64,000 nucleotides of DNA from an uncultured Poribacteria bacterium (lineage in GTDB: Bacteria; Poribacteria; WGA-4E; WGA-3G), in NCBI GenBank assembly GCA_951813565.1, contig OX638351.1, forward strand, positions 3,872,001-3,936,000. The letters are read 5' to 3'. How positions within the stretch are numbered: the stretch's first letter is position 1; each line of letters starts with the position of its first letter. Position numbers and translations under genes: made by a program. Under the pieces are notes generated by a model. That model was not told where the DNA came from and made no database searches. It was given only the letters and a program-made list of their open reading frames with translations. Below, piece after piece: positions 51,188 to 61,013 of this stretch.

Positions 51188-51592
51188 TTGATAATTTCCT
51201 CCTCAGTTTTACTGAAGACAACCAATTTCAGATGATTTTTGCGGATTAGCATTTGTCCCAGAGAATCCTCAAAAACGGTTGCAAATACTTCTTCATGGAC
51301 AGCAAGATATAATGTCCGATCTGGTTCAAGTTCTTCAATAATATTTCAATAGAGGATATATTGACCTAAAGCATTTTCAAGGTCTGCAAGATTGGAGTGG
51401 CTTGTAAAACTTTTGACTTCAACTGCGATTTTTCTATTTTCTTTTTCTGCTGTCAAAAGTTGTTCTGCACCCAGATCCACATATAGGTGATCAGTACCCC
51501 ATTTCAAACGTAGAGGGTCATGTGTTATTATCCAACCGTCCTTAAACAAGGGCATTCTTCACATTGTCGTGATAAATGTCTTTAGCTGGCAT
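51175..51592 (-). pseudogene. xisH: XisH family nuclease pseudogene
   Basis: MPAKDIYHDNVKNAL, then a +1 frameshift into KDGWIITHDP..IAVEVKSF..ALGQYILY, then an in-frame TGA before ..PDRTLYLAV.. Confidence 0.85.
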
Positions 51593-51937
51593 GCGTTGTT
51601 TTTCTCCGACAGACCTAACGTTCCCAAATCCCTCGTAGAATGATAGTAAGTGGATTCCTTTAATATTCAATAATCTATTTTATCACGGTTTACCCAATCT
51701 GTCTACAATATATTTCGAGACAGTTTGAAAATACTAAATAACTATTGCAATTCAGGATTTAGGTAACGTATAATATATAGTATATCAAAATAGGTTGCGC
51801 TTGACACCTACTTCTGATATACTATACAGCAAGTGCATTCTTTTATCCAAACATGATTCAAGAACACTACCTTGCAGAGCATATAAGGGAAATTGATAAT
51901 CCCAAATTACTATTACGAAATTACGAGGAAAAATCGA

Positions 51938-52555
51938 TTGGCAGAACAGAAAGCAACTAATATTACGTGGCATGAAACAACTGTCACAAAGCAAGATAGG
52001 GAACAACTACTCAACCAAAAAGGTTGTGTCGTATGGTTTACCGGACTCTCAGGTTCAGGAAAATCAACATTAGCCAATGCAGTGGCACACTTATTACACG
52101 AGCGAAAACATCATACCTATGTCTTAGATGGTGATAATGTCCGACATGGGTTAAACAAAAATTTAGGTTTCTCACCCGAAGACCGCGAGGAAAATATTCG
52201 CCGAGTCGGTGAAGTAGCGAAACTTTTTGTGGATGCGGGTACTATCGTCATGACAGCGTTTATCTCGCCATACCGCGCTGACCGGGACCAAGCAAGAGAC
52301 CTCATAGCTGAAAACAGATTCGTTGAAGTATTTGTTGAATGCCCACTTGACGTATGTGAAGAACGCGACCCGAAAGGTCTATACAAAAAAGCGCGTGCCG
52401 GAGAAATTAAGGAATTTACAGGTATCAGTGCTCCTTATGAAGCACCTCACGAACCAGAGGTTATTGTCAATACAGCGGAACTATCTATTATTGAATCCGC
52501 AGAGAAGGTAGTAGCGTTTCTTGAAAAAACTGCTTTTGTCCCACCTGAAAAATAA
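51938..52555 (+). CDS. cysC: Adenylyl-sulfate kinase
   Basis: [41 protein letters not shown] start after a GAGG RBS. Confidence 0.95.
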   Translation: MAEQKATNITWHETTVTKQDREQLLNQKGCVVWFTGLSGSGKSTLANAVAHLLHERKHHTYVLDGDNVRHGLNKNLGFSPEDREENIRRVGEVAKLFVDAGTIVMTAFISPYRADRDQARDLIAENRFVEVFVECPLDVCEERDPKGLYKKARAGEIKEFTGISAPYEAPHEPEVIVNTAELSIIESAEKVVAFLEKTAFVPPEK

Positions 52556-52650
52556 TACTGCGTAAATCTTATGAAGTTCATTTGATGTAATGATGCGTAA
52601 ATTTTTCAACATAATGTGTCGTGGTAAACAGCAGGAAATTTTGGAGAATT

Positions 52651-53604
52651 ATGAAACTAATCCAATTTCACTTACCTAATTTAGGTAAGCGAGTCGGGAT
52701 TGTCACCCGTGAACACGAAGTTATTGATGTAACCAGTGATGAATCACCAGGTGTTTTAGAAATTCTTGAGCTTGCCCATAAAGAACGGGTGACGCTGGGC
52801 GTTCTTTTGGCGGATATCCAAGAACAAGTTTCGGCACCACCACCGATGCGATTCACAGCATTCCAAGACCCTGAGTCAGTTCCACAAGAAGAAAACGGGC
52901 TAACCTTAGAGAAATTGGACGTTTCGCCAGATGAAAAAATACCACATCTATTGGTCCCAATAGACGCACCTGAAGTATGGGGGTGCGGTGTTACCTACAA
53001 GCGAAGCGCGGATATGCGCGATGATGATACGCAACAAGACATCTACAGTCGTGTTTATCATGCAGATAGACCTGAAATATTTTTTAAAGCGACACCATCA
53101 CGTTGTGTCGGATCGAACGATTTTATCGGGATTCGTAGCGACTCTATTTTAACCGCAACCGAACCTGAACTCGCTTATGTTCTGGGGGCAGAGGGTGAAA
53201 TCCTCGGATATACGCTTTGTAACGATGTTTCTGCTTGGGATATTGAGCGCGATAACCCGTTGTATCTGCCACAATCAAAGGTATTTTATGGATGCTGCGC
53301 GCTCGGACCTATGTTTATTACGACTTCTGAAGTTGATGATCCGTATAATCTGGAGATGAAATGCACTATCCTTCGTGATGAAAAAGAAATTTATGAGGGA
53401 AAAGTAAATACCTCTCAAATTAATTGGAAGTTTGAACAACTTACTGAATTTTTGATGCGGGATAACCCGATCCCTTTTGGTACTGTCGTTTCTACTGGCA
53501 CAGGGATAATTGTCCCAAACGATTTACCGCTTGCGCCGGACGATATTGTCCAGATAGAAGTTGAAGGTTTCGGAACACTTTCAAATCCTGTGAAACAACT
53601 GTAA
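52651..53604 (+). CDS. Fumarylacetoacetate hydrolase family (2-keto-3-deoxy sugar acid dehydratase-like)
   Basis: EVWGCGVTY, RPEIFFK, EPELA, NDVSAWDIE, NPLYLPQSK. Confidence 0.85.
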   Translation: MKLIQFHLPNLGKRVGIVTREHEVIDVTSDESPGVLEILELAHKERVTLGVLLADIQEQVSAPPPMRFTAFQDPESVPQEENGLTLEKLDVSPDEKIPHLLVPIDAPEVWGCGVTYKRSADMRDDDTQQDIYSRVYHADRPEIFFKATPSRCVGSNDFIGIRSDSILTATEPELAYVLGAEGEILGYTLCNDVSAWDIERDNPLYLPQSKVFYGCCALGPMFITTSEVDDPYNLEMKCTILRDEKEIYEGKVNTSQINWKFEQLTEFLMRDNPIPFGTVVSTGTGIIVPNDLPLAPDDIVQIEVEGFGTLSNPVKQL

Positions 53605-53614
53605 GAGGTGTCGT

Positions 53615-54724
53615 ATGCAAGACACCGAGTCATATATCGGTAGACACAAAACTGAATTAGATACGCCCGCGCTGTTAATTGATCTGGATAAAATGGAAGC
53701 CAATATCCAGAAGATGGCGGATTATTTTACTAATGTCAGCGCGGAACTCAGACCCCATCTCAAAACGCATAAAACGCCGATTATCGCACATAAACAGATT
53801 GAAGCGGGAGCAATAGGCATAACTTGTGCTAAATTGGGTGAAGCGGAGGCAGTAATTCATGCGGGAATTCGAGATGTCCTAATTGCCAATCAGATTGTCG
53901 GTCCACATAAGATAGCACGTCTTATCAACCTTGCAAAGCATTCTGAGATTATGGTTTCTGTGGACAACTCTCACAATGTGCAGGCTATTTCCGAAGCAGC
54001 AACAGCAAAAGGGGTAACTATCAGAATCTTGGTGGAAGTCAACATCGGGATGGATCGGTGTGGTGTTGAACCCGGTCAACCAACACTTGCGTTGACACAT
54101 CAGGTATGCCAAAGTCCAAACCTGAAGTTTGAAGGATTGATGGGATATGAGGGGCATACCGTCGCAAAACCGAACAGAACCGAACGTGAGACTGCGACAC
54201 GAGAAGCCATGCAACGCTTGATTGAAACGAAACATTTTCTTGAAGAGCATAGTGTAGAGGTTTCAATTATGAGCGGCGGTGGCACAGGCACTTTTGACAT
54301 CACAGGGAGTATTCCCGAAATGACGGAGGTGCAGGCTGGTTCTTATGTCTTCATGGATTCGACCTATCACAATGTTGAAGGCATTGGAGGAAAGTTTGAC
54401 AACGCATTGTCAGTTTTGGGCACTGTCGTCAGTTGTCCCGCACAGAATCGCATCATCGTAGACACGGGTTTGAAAGTGCTTACGAAGGAGTTCGGCATTC
54501 CACAACCGATTGTTGTTGCTGGACTCGAAATGACGGGTCTTTCCGAAGAGCATGGGAAAATGCTGGTTTCCAACGGAGATGTTTCCCTTAAACTGGGAGA
54601 TAAACTTGAAATTTTACCTACACACTGTTGTACCACTGTTAATCTGCACGATAGATACTACGGCATCCGTAATGAGATTGTCGAATCTGTCTGGGAAATT
54701 ACCGCAAGAGGAAAATCACAATAA
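53615..54724 (+). CDS. DSD1/D-threonine aldolase family PLP enzyme
   Basis: [31 protein letters not shown]. Confidence 0.88.
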   Translation: MQDTESYIGRHKTELDTPALLIDLDKMEANIQKMADYFTNVSAELRPHLKTHKTPIIAHKQIEAGAIGITCAKLGEAEAVIHAGIRDVLIANQIVGPHKIARLINLAKHSEIMVSVDNSHNVQAISEAATAKGVTIRILVEVNIGMDRCGVEPGQPTLALTHQVCQSPNLKFEGLMGYEGHTVAKPNRTERETATREAMQRLIETKHFLEEHSVEVSIMSGGGTGTFDITGSIPEMTEVQAGSYVFMDSTYHNVEGIGGKFDNALSVLGTVVSCPAQNRIIVDTGLKVLTKEFGIPQPIVVAGLEMTGLSEEHGKMLVSNGDVSLKLGDKLEILPTHCCTTVNLHDRYYGIRNEIVESVWEITARGKSQ

Positions 54725-55044
54725 TGATCACAACTACAACGAATACGATTGAAGGCAGACAAGTTGGACAATACCTTGGCTTAGTTACAGGTGAGGCAAT
54801 CATGGGGGCAAATATCTTTCGTGATTTTCTCGCTGGTATTACAGATATGATTGGCGGCCGCTCCGAAGCTTATGAAAGCAAACTTGCTGATGCACGTGAG
54901 ACCGCAATCCGAGAAATGCAAGAAATCGCGCAACGGCAAGGTGCTGATGCTGTCCTCGGTATTGATATTGACTATCAGGTGCTTGGTTCCAGTAACGGTA
55001 TGCTGATGGTGACCGCAACCGGAACTGCTGTTAAGTTAAAATAA
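54724..55044 (+). CDS. YbjQ/UPF0145 family protein
   Basis: [32 protein letters not shown]. Confidence 0.9.
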   Translation: MITTTTNTIEGRQVGQYLGLVTGEAIMGANIFRDFLAGITDMIGGRSEAYESKLADARETAIREMQEIAQRQGADAVLGIDIDYQVLGSSNGMLMVTATGTAVKLK

Positions 55045-55072
55045 ATGAAGGTTGTACATAAAATAACCAATT

Positions 55073-55349
55073 TATAGTGAACTTTGAAATTATTGGGACT
55101 CTTTGCTAAACTTGTCTTGGAAAGATAATGGACAATAGAAGTTGTAGCACAAACTTTTAGTTTGTGCCTTATGAGACGCAAACTAAATGAAGATTAATTT
55201 ATTAATTCGGTAATTTTGGAGAAAGATCCAGTGCGGTTGGGAAACCGCACCTACCGGGTTTGGGAAAAATTAGAATTACCGAAATATTTTCTTAATCTTC
55301 ATAAAGTTTGCGCTACAGAAGTGTCCCATTAATTATAGGTTTTACTATA
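55073..55349. mobile_element. TATAGTG-type MITE carrying copy 2 of the 175-bp composite repeat (55143-55317)
   Basis: Imperfect TIR TATAGTGAACTTTGAAATTATTGGGAC / GTCCCATTAATTATAGGTTTTACTATA. Confidence 0.65.
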
Positions 55350-55554
55350 AATGTGTGTTTAAAAGTAGTAGGCACGCGCCGCGTGCCGTAACAACTTCAA
55401 AGAGGACACAAATGCTGAACGCGTATTTAGCGTTGATTTAAACAGTCAACTCGTGCAAAGATAAAAAGTGTTGGGTTTCACGTTGTTCAACTCAACCTAC
55501 AACATTTTCTAAACCCACGCTCAATTAAAAAACAAAATTTATAGGAGGACTGCG

Positions 55555-56733
55555 GTGCAAAATTTAATTTCAACATATAAACTAAATATTAAATGTAAAC
55601 GTCATGACATAATAGGACTGCTTGCTACGATTATTTTTCTGTCCACACAGTTAAGCGCAAATGCTTATATTTCAATACCTTATACCATTCCGCAAATTGT
55701 CAGTGAAAGTACCAACGTTGTTTTTGGAACTATCACAGAGGTTAACACCAAACGACAGACAGCTGATATTAAGGTTGAACAAAACCTCAAAGGTCGCAGC
55801 GAATTTGACGTGATTAGAATTCGCTTTGATATTTTTAAAGGGGAAGCAGACCATAGAAAAGAGATTGCGCGTTTTCTAAAGCAGGGTGAACCGATTGTTG
55901 TTTGTTATGAACAAAAAGAAGGGCGGATCAACAGTATTGCACATACAAGAGGAAAATGGTTTCAACTCATGGTTACAAAGGATAAAGAGAGAGGTTGGGG
56001 TAGGTGGGGGTTCACCCATTTTGAAGTCAAACTCAATCAGTTCAAAGTTTCAAAAAGAGATTCAACACCCGAATTCCAGAAAGAGGTACGCGCTGTCCTT
56101 AATGGAGATATAATCCGCCTCTTTCTTCTGAACAGAAAAAACTATCAAAAGGAAGTTCCTGTTATTTCCAGCATTGATAAGGTGGGAAAACGTTGGATTG
56201 CCTTTGATGAGACAACCGATCGCAACCTGCCAGGGCTTAGTAAAACTGACATATTATGGCTTGGCTACCGCGCAATTGATGATGGCAGATACCTCCTAAA
56301 TAAGAACCAAGAGAAACGGATCAGAGATTTTGTCAAGAACGGCGGCATTGTCATTGTTTCTGGTCAGGATTGTGATACAGATCGTCCAAGCAGAACCGAT
56401 TGGTTACCTGAACCTCTCAAAGGTGTAGAAAGCCCCCGTCGAAATGACTTCCAGCCTACATCCAAAGCAGGTTCCCTTTTTAAAGCACCGCATCAAATCC
56501 GTTCAGGACATCTTTCACTTGACGACTCCTGGAACGGGTGGAACGATAAATATGAAGTGTTAGCCACAACCAATAATGGCAAGGAAATTGTTGTTGCTCA
56601 ATTGAGATATGGGAAAGGCATGTATGTGATCACAAACCTACGCAATGATAGTAAAGAACAGGTTGCTCAAAACCACAAGATGCTTGAGAATCTTGTGCAT
56701 TTTGCTGTAGAATTCTTGGGTAAATCCAAATAG
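55555..56733 (+). CDS. Exported hypothetical protein; C-terminal domain shared with 61014-61790
   Basis: 392-aa ORF after an AGGAGG RBS with a hydrophobic N-terminal segment; DFVKNGG..DWLP..YGKG..MLENL. Confidence 0.6.
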   Translation: MQNLISTYKLNIKCKRHDIIGLLATIIFLSTQLSANAYISIPYTIPQIVSESTNVVFGTITEVNTKRQTADIKVEQNLKGRSEFDVIRIRFDIFKGEADHRKEIARFLKQGEPIVVCYEQKEGRINSIAHTRGKWFQLMVTKDKERGWGRWGFTHFEVKLNQFKVSKRDSTPEFQKEVRAVLNGDIIRLFLLNRKNYQKEVPVISSIDKVGKRWIAFDETTDRNLPGLSKTDILWLGYRAIDDGRYLLNKNQEKRIRDFVKNGGIVIVSGQDCDTDRPSRTDWLPEPLKGVESPRRNDFQPTSKAGSLFKAPHQIRSGHLSLDDSWNGWNDKYEVLATTNNGKEIVVAQLRYGKGMYVITNLRNDSKEQVAQNHKMLENLVHFAVEFLGKSK

Positions 56734-56750
56734 TACGGGAGTTATAACGT

Positions 56751-58286
56751 ATGAGAAAAACCACATGGATATTGACCTTAAGTCTCATATCGGTTTTTGT
56801 CTGTTTCACAGCCACAGCACATGCAGTTATTCCGCAGCTTCTCGGACCACTTACTGCCCTGCTTAGCATCATCCCGCAGATACTCGCCTTTGTCGGCGTT
56901 GCTGTTCTAACCGCGCTTGTATTTGCACGCGATACAACAAAGATGTATTTTTACAAGCTGCGAGATTTTCTGACTGTCCGCAGAGTGATTGTCTCTGTAA
57001 TTAGTTTGGTTGTCCTAATTGGGTTAGCGGTATTGACCTATCAATTTGTTGGGAAAGGAATAAAAGAAAATGTTACCACGACAGGTACAGACGATCAGCG
57101 TGCTGGCACAAAAAATGTAAGAACAGGCACGGCATGGACAACGTTCCGAAGCAATGCAAATCGCACAGGGCACGTTGATGACCTACCCGGTCCTACAAAC
57201 GGAACCCCTTCCTGGGTTTTCAAAGCTAAAGGGAGAAAAACGGTTCAATTCCTTTCATCACCAACAATCGTAGGTAACCGTCTTTATATTGGTTCGCTCC
57301 AAGGTGCAGTTTTTTCTGTTAGTGGTGCAACTTATTGTATAGACACGGATACGCAGGAAGTTGTCTGGCGGCACGATTCAGAAATACCTATCGTTTCCTC
57401 ACCTGCTGTTGTTGCAGGTAGGGTTTACATCGGTGAAGGTTTTCATGAAGATAGTGGTTGCCGACTCCGATGTCTTGATGCAAAGACTGGCGATCCTATC
57501 TGGAGTTTCACTACTGCAAGCCATGTGGAGTCTACACCATTCATTACCCAAGGAAGGCTCTATTTTACTGGTGGTGCGGACGGTATTTATTGCCTTGACG
57601 CGCTGGCAGGTGAGCAAATATGGCACTTTCCTGCTGTTCATGCAGACATGTCCCCAATAGTTAAAGATGGTAAGGTTTATTTTGGTACCGGTTACGGTGA
57701 ATATAAAATCTATGCTGTGGATGCTGAAACAGGTGCCGAGATATGGTCAAAACCCATGCCGTATCCGGTCTGGGGCAGCCCAAGTGTGCACGACAACTTA
57801 GTCTTTTTCGGTTTAGGCAGAGGTGATTTTTCTCAAAGTCATCCTATTCCAAAGGGGAAAGTTGTCGCGCTAAACACCGAAACAGGCGATATCGCCTGGG
57901 AATATGAGGCAGCAGACGCGGTCCTTACAGCGATTGTCGTACACGATGATTTTGTAACTTTTGGTTCCCGCGACGGTTTTGTGTACACACTCACAGCAAC
58001 AAGTGGCGAACTCCATTGGGAAACCGATCTTGGTGCAGTCATTGTGTCATCACCTGCTGTAACACAAGAGGCTGTTTATGCTGCAACGGAAGCCGGAGTA
58101 ATCTACTGTCTCGCCATTGATGATGGCAGCATTATATGGGAATATGATACACAGACCGTTGAATATGGGTTGAAACTCCTTTCTTCTCCAGCTATTGCAG
58201 ATGGAAAACTATACATCGGTTCAAGTGACCGGTATATTTTATGCTTAGGTGGAAAAGAGCTTGTTCCAACCGTTGAAGATCGTTAA
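56751..58286 (+). CDS. PQQ-like beta-propeller repeat membrane protein
   Basis: Repeated SSP...G.VY.G...LDA.TG..IW blades; N-terminal TMs. Confidence 0.85.
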   Translation: MRKTTWILTLSLISVFVCFTATAHAVIPQLLGPLTALLSIIPQILAFVGVAVLTALVFARDTTKMYFYKLRDFLTVRRVIVSVISLVVLIGLAVLTYQFVGKGIKENVTTTGTDDQRAGTKNVRTGTAWTTFRSNANRTGHVDDLPGPTNGTPSWVFKAKGRKTVQFLSSPTIVGNRLYIGSLQGAVFSVSGATYCIDTDTQEVVWRHDSEIPIVSSPAVVAGRVYIGEGFHEDSGCRLRCLDAKTGDPIWSFTTASHVESTPFITQGRLYFTGGADGIYCLDALAGEQIWHFPAVHADMSPIVKDGKVYFGTGYGEYKIYAVDAETGAEIWSKPMPYPVWGSPSVHDNLVFFGLGRGDFSQSHPIPKGKVVALNTETGDIAWEYEAADAVLTAIVVHDDFVTFGSRDGFVYTLTATSGELHWETDLGAVIVSSPAVTQEAVYAATEAGVIYCLAIDDGSIIWEYDTQTVEYGLKLLSSPAIADGKLYIGSSDRYILCLGGKELVPTVEDR

Positions 58287-58429
58287 CTTTGGTATAGATT
58301 TTAATAATATCTTATTCTATTTACACGCTAAGAATTAGTAAATTGACTATAATTTATCTTGTAAACCGCGAACTCGCAATCACGTTTACTTACAAATGAT
58401 CAATTTAACTTCTAACAAGGAGAACGAAA

Positions 58430-59284
58430 ATGAAAAAGTTTTTGATTGCAATTACACTATTGCTATTCCTCACAAGTGTTGCAGCACATGCACAGTGGCG
58501 CAGCAAAACACATGACGTTTACAACGCACTTCAAAATACTCTTGACATTAAGATTGATGGTGAACTTGATGACGCTGAAGGGTGGGAAGGTGTATTTGAT
58601 ACAGTCAAAGGGACCAATGGAGAACCATTCTGCGGTGTCAAAAATGATACTGATGGGGCAGGAGCAGAGAAAGCTTTTGAATCCCATGGAGGAGGCGATT
58701 GGAAAGGGGCTGATGACCACGAAACCTGTTTTGCAATTGTCTGGGAACCAGATGCCGTTTATATTGGACTAAGTGTTACTGATGACGAGCATCAAAATGG
58801 CGGTGGACAATGGAACGGTGATAGCTTGCAGCTTGCATTTGAACCGACTGGTAAGCGCGACGGAGGACTAACACTCTTTCTCTATAACGTTGCGTTAGGC
58901 AACGATGCAAAGAACATGCTTCCTGTTCATAATGAGACAACAAACGGTGGTCCAGGACTTGTTGCTGGGGAAGATGTCGCCATAACCCGAAACGAAAACG
59001 AAAAAGAGACTTATTATGAAATTGCAATTACTCCTGAAGATTTGGGCTTGAATAGTCAGTTTAAAGAAGGATACGAATTCGGAATCGGAATTTGTGTCAA
59101 CGATGGCGATAAAGCCGCCGGCCAAGAAGGGCAAAAAGGGTGGAGTGGATGGTATCCACGTGCGGTTGTTCACGGAAAAAATTCTGAAAATACAGGGCTT
59201 GTCATTCTCACTGATGAAGTTCTTGCTGTTGAACCTTCAAATAAGTTAACAACAACTTGGGGTAAACTAAAATCAACCCAATAG
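58430..59284 (+). CDS. Exported CBM9/DOMON-like sugar-binding protein
   Basis: Signal peptide; IDGELDD..W, VTDDEH, WNGD, VNDGD; tail AVEPSNKLTTTWGKLK. Confidence 0.7.
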   Translation: MKKFLIAITLLLFLTSVAAHAQWRSKTHDVYNALQNTLDIKIDGELDDAEGWEGVFDTVKGTNGEPFCGVKNDTDGAGAEKAFESHGGGDWKGADDHETCFAIVWEPDAVYIGLSVTDDEHQNGGGQWNGDSLQLAFEPTGKRDGGLTLFLYNVALGNDAKNMLPVHNETTNGGPGLVAGEDVAITRNENEKETYYEIAITPEDLGLNSQFKEGYEFGIGICVNDGDKAAGQEGQKGWSGWYPRAVVHGKNSENTGLVILTDEVLAVEPSNKLTTTWGKLKSTQ

Positions 59285-59557
59285 GTGTCAACTTAAGGAT
59301 ACACCTTCTTGTGGGAGGGGTTTGTAACCCCGATTTAATTAGTTTAGGTTCACAAAAGCGGGGTTACAAACCCGACAAATGCCAAAAGCAGAATCAACGC
59401 CGAGCGCGCGTATGGCACTCGTCGCATTTGGCGTTGATTTGGCAGCATGCCATACGGGGAATGCCAACAAGCATTCATACCGTTGATTTGGCGCATGCTG
59501 CGTTGATTCACTCCCACAAGAGACAATCTGGTAATTATGTGCTTAAATTGACGCCTA
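59282..59557. mobile_element. MITE with a long (24-bp) target duplication
   Basis: TIR TAGGTGTCAACTTAAG / CTTAAATTGACGCCTA (14/16); TGGGGTA(A/G)ACTAAAATCAACCCAA at 59258-59281 and 59558-59581. Confidence 0.8.
59374..59510. repeat. Four hairpin-GTTGATT units (34+34+34+35 bp), two nested inside two others
   Basis: Removal restores CGGGGTTACAAACCCCTCCCAC, the exact reverse complement of the REP at 59311-59332. Confidence 0.9.
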
Positions 59558-59755
59558 TGGGGTAGACTAAAATCAACCCAATAACTGTTTTGACATAAGC
59601 TAAAACTGCTAAACCGTAGCGGAAAAACAGCCGCTACCTAATCTGTTTGGGCAGAAATACCTGCCCAATTTTCTAACACAGGAAGCAACGCTGTTGCTCT
59701 TTCAAAACTTCCACTGCTAAGGTGGAATATAATTAATATAGAGAGGTAAATTTAG

Positions 59756-60601
59756 ATGAAAAAACAGGTTTTTGTATTTGCTGCACTATTTGCAGCAGTA
59801 ACTCTACTTACAATTAATGTCGCAGATGCACAGTGGCGTAGTCCAACACACGATGTATACAATGCCCCATCTGGTGTTGACGTTACCATTGATGGTAATC
59901 TTGACGAATGGGGTGAGGTTATGGATGCTGTCACTGGAACTGACGGTTCCCCGTTTTGCGGCGTAGAATTTGAAGGCGTCGGCGGCGCAGTTAAAGTTTT
60001 TGAAGAACACGGTGGTGGTAAATGGAACAGTGCTGATGACCAAACAGTCTGTTTCATGATTGCTTGGAACCCCGATGCGGCTTATCTTGCACTGAGTGTT
60101 ACTGATGACGAGCATCAAAATTCCGGTGCTGCATGGAATGGTGATGCCGCACAAATCGCATTTGAACCAACTGGCAAGCGCGATGGAGGGTTAGCACTCT
60201 TTCTCTATAACGTTGCATTAGACAACAATGCAGAAAATCTCATCCTTCATAATGAGAGAACAAACGGACAACCTGGTCTTGAGGCAGAGAGAGATTTTGC
60301 AATCACTCGAGACGAGGGTGCTAAGAAAACCTACTACGAATTTAAATTCACTCCTGCGAATTTCGGTCTTGCTGGTTCATTTAGTGCAGGTATCGAAGTC
60401 GGTTTAGGTATCTGTGTCAATGATGGCGATATAGACACTCCTGGGCAAAAAGGGTGGGGTGGTTGGTATCCGCATTCTGTTGTCCACGGAAAAAATTCCG
60501 AAAAGACGGGACTTGTTGTGCTTAGCAGCAATGCGGTAACCGCTGTTGAACCAGCTGATAAACTTACTACTACATGGGGTAATTTGAAATCTACCCAGTA
60601 G
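59756..60601 (+). CDS. Exported CBM9/DOMON-like protein (tandem paralog of 58430-59284)
   Basis: Shares AQWRS.THDVYNA, AFEPTGKRDGGL and VVHGKNSE; tail AVEPADKLTTTWGNLK. Confidence 0.7.
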   Translation: MKKQVFVFAALFAAVTLLTINVADAQWRSPTHDVYNAPSGVDVTIDGNLDEWGEVMDAVTGTDGSPFCGVEFEGVGGAVKVFEEHGGGKWNSADDQTVCFMIAWNPDAAYLALSVTDDEHQNSGAAWNGDAAQIAFEPTGKRDGGLALFLYNVALDNNAENLILHNERTNGQPGLEAERDFAITRDEGAKKTYYEFKFTPANFGLAGSFSAGIEVGLGICVNDGDIDTPGQKGWGGWYPHSVVHGKNSEKTGLVVLSSNAVTAVEPADKLTTTWGNLKSTQ

Positions 60602-60632
60602 CAGCTTAACACTTATCAGTAATCTTTAGTTC

Positions 60633-60664
60633 CATTATAGTGGTTCATTCGAACCACTATAATG
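60633..60664. terminator. Probable terminator hairpin
   Basis: CATTATAGTGGTTC-ATTC-GAACCACTATAATG, 14-bp perfect stem after the stop codon. Confidence 0.6.
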
Positions 60665-60732
60665 AAAAATATGTTTCAATCAAATTAGATGTTCCCGGTG
60701 AACTTTCAATACCGCTTCTGTATTAGGCTCTA

Positions 60733-60924
60733 ATACCAATTCTAAAATACAATGTCCCATTTAACATACTGCAATTTAATGGAATATCTATAGAAGATAA
60801 GAATGTCCGAGGCGCCAAGTCATGGCGAATACCATACGCGTATTCGCCCAAGTGCGCTTGGCAATGAATTGCGCGACTACGAACAGATAATTTGAAAATG
60901 AGAAGTTATTTTCAGAAATGGTAT
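60733..60924. mobile_element. MITE-like element with a REP interrupted by a 47-bp hairpin (60814-60860)
   Basis: Imperfect TIR ATACCAATTCTAAAATA / TATTTTCAGAAATGGTAT; AGGC^GCAATGAATTGCGCGACTAC split by the insert. Confidence 0.6.
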
Positions 60925-61013
60925 AATCATGAGAAGTTAACCGAGGAGCTAAAACACTGGCTTGTTTGTTGAACGAGAAGAAGAAAAGCCAAAACATAAT
61001 ACCAATATTCCAC

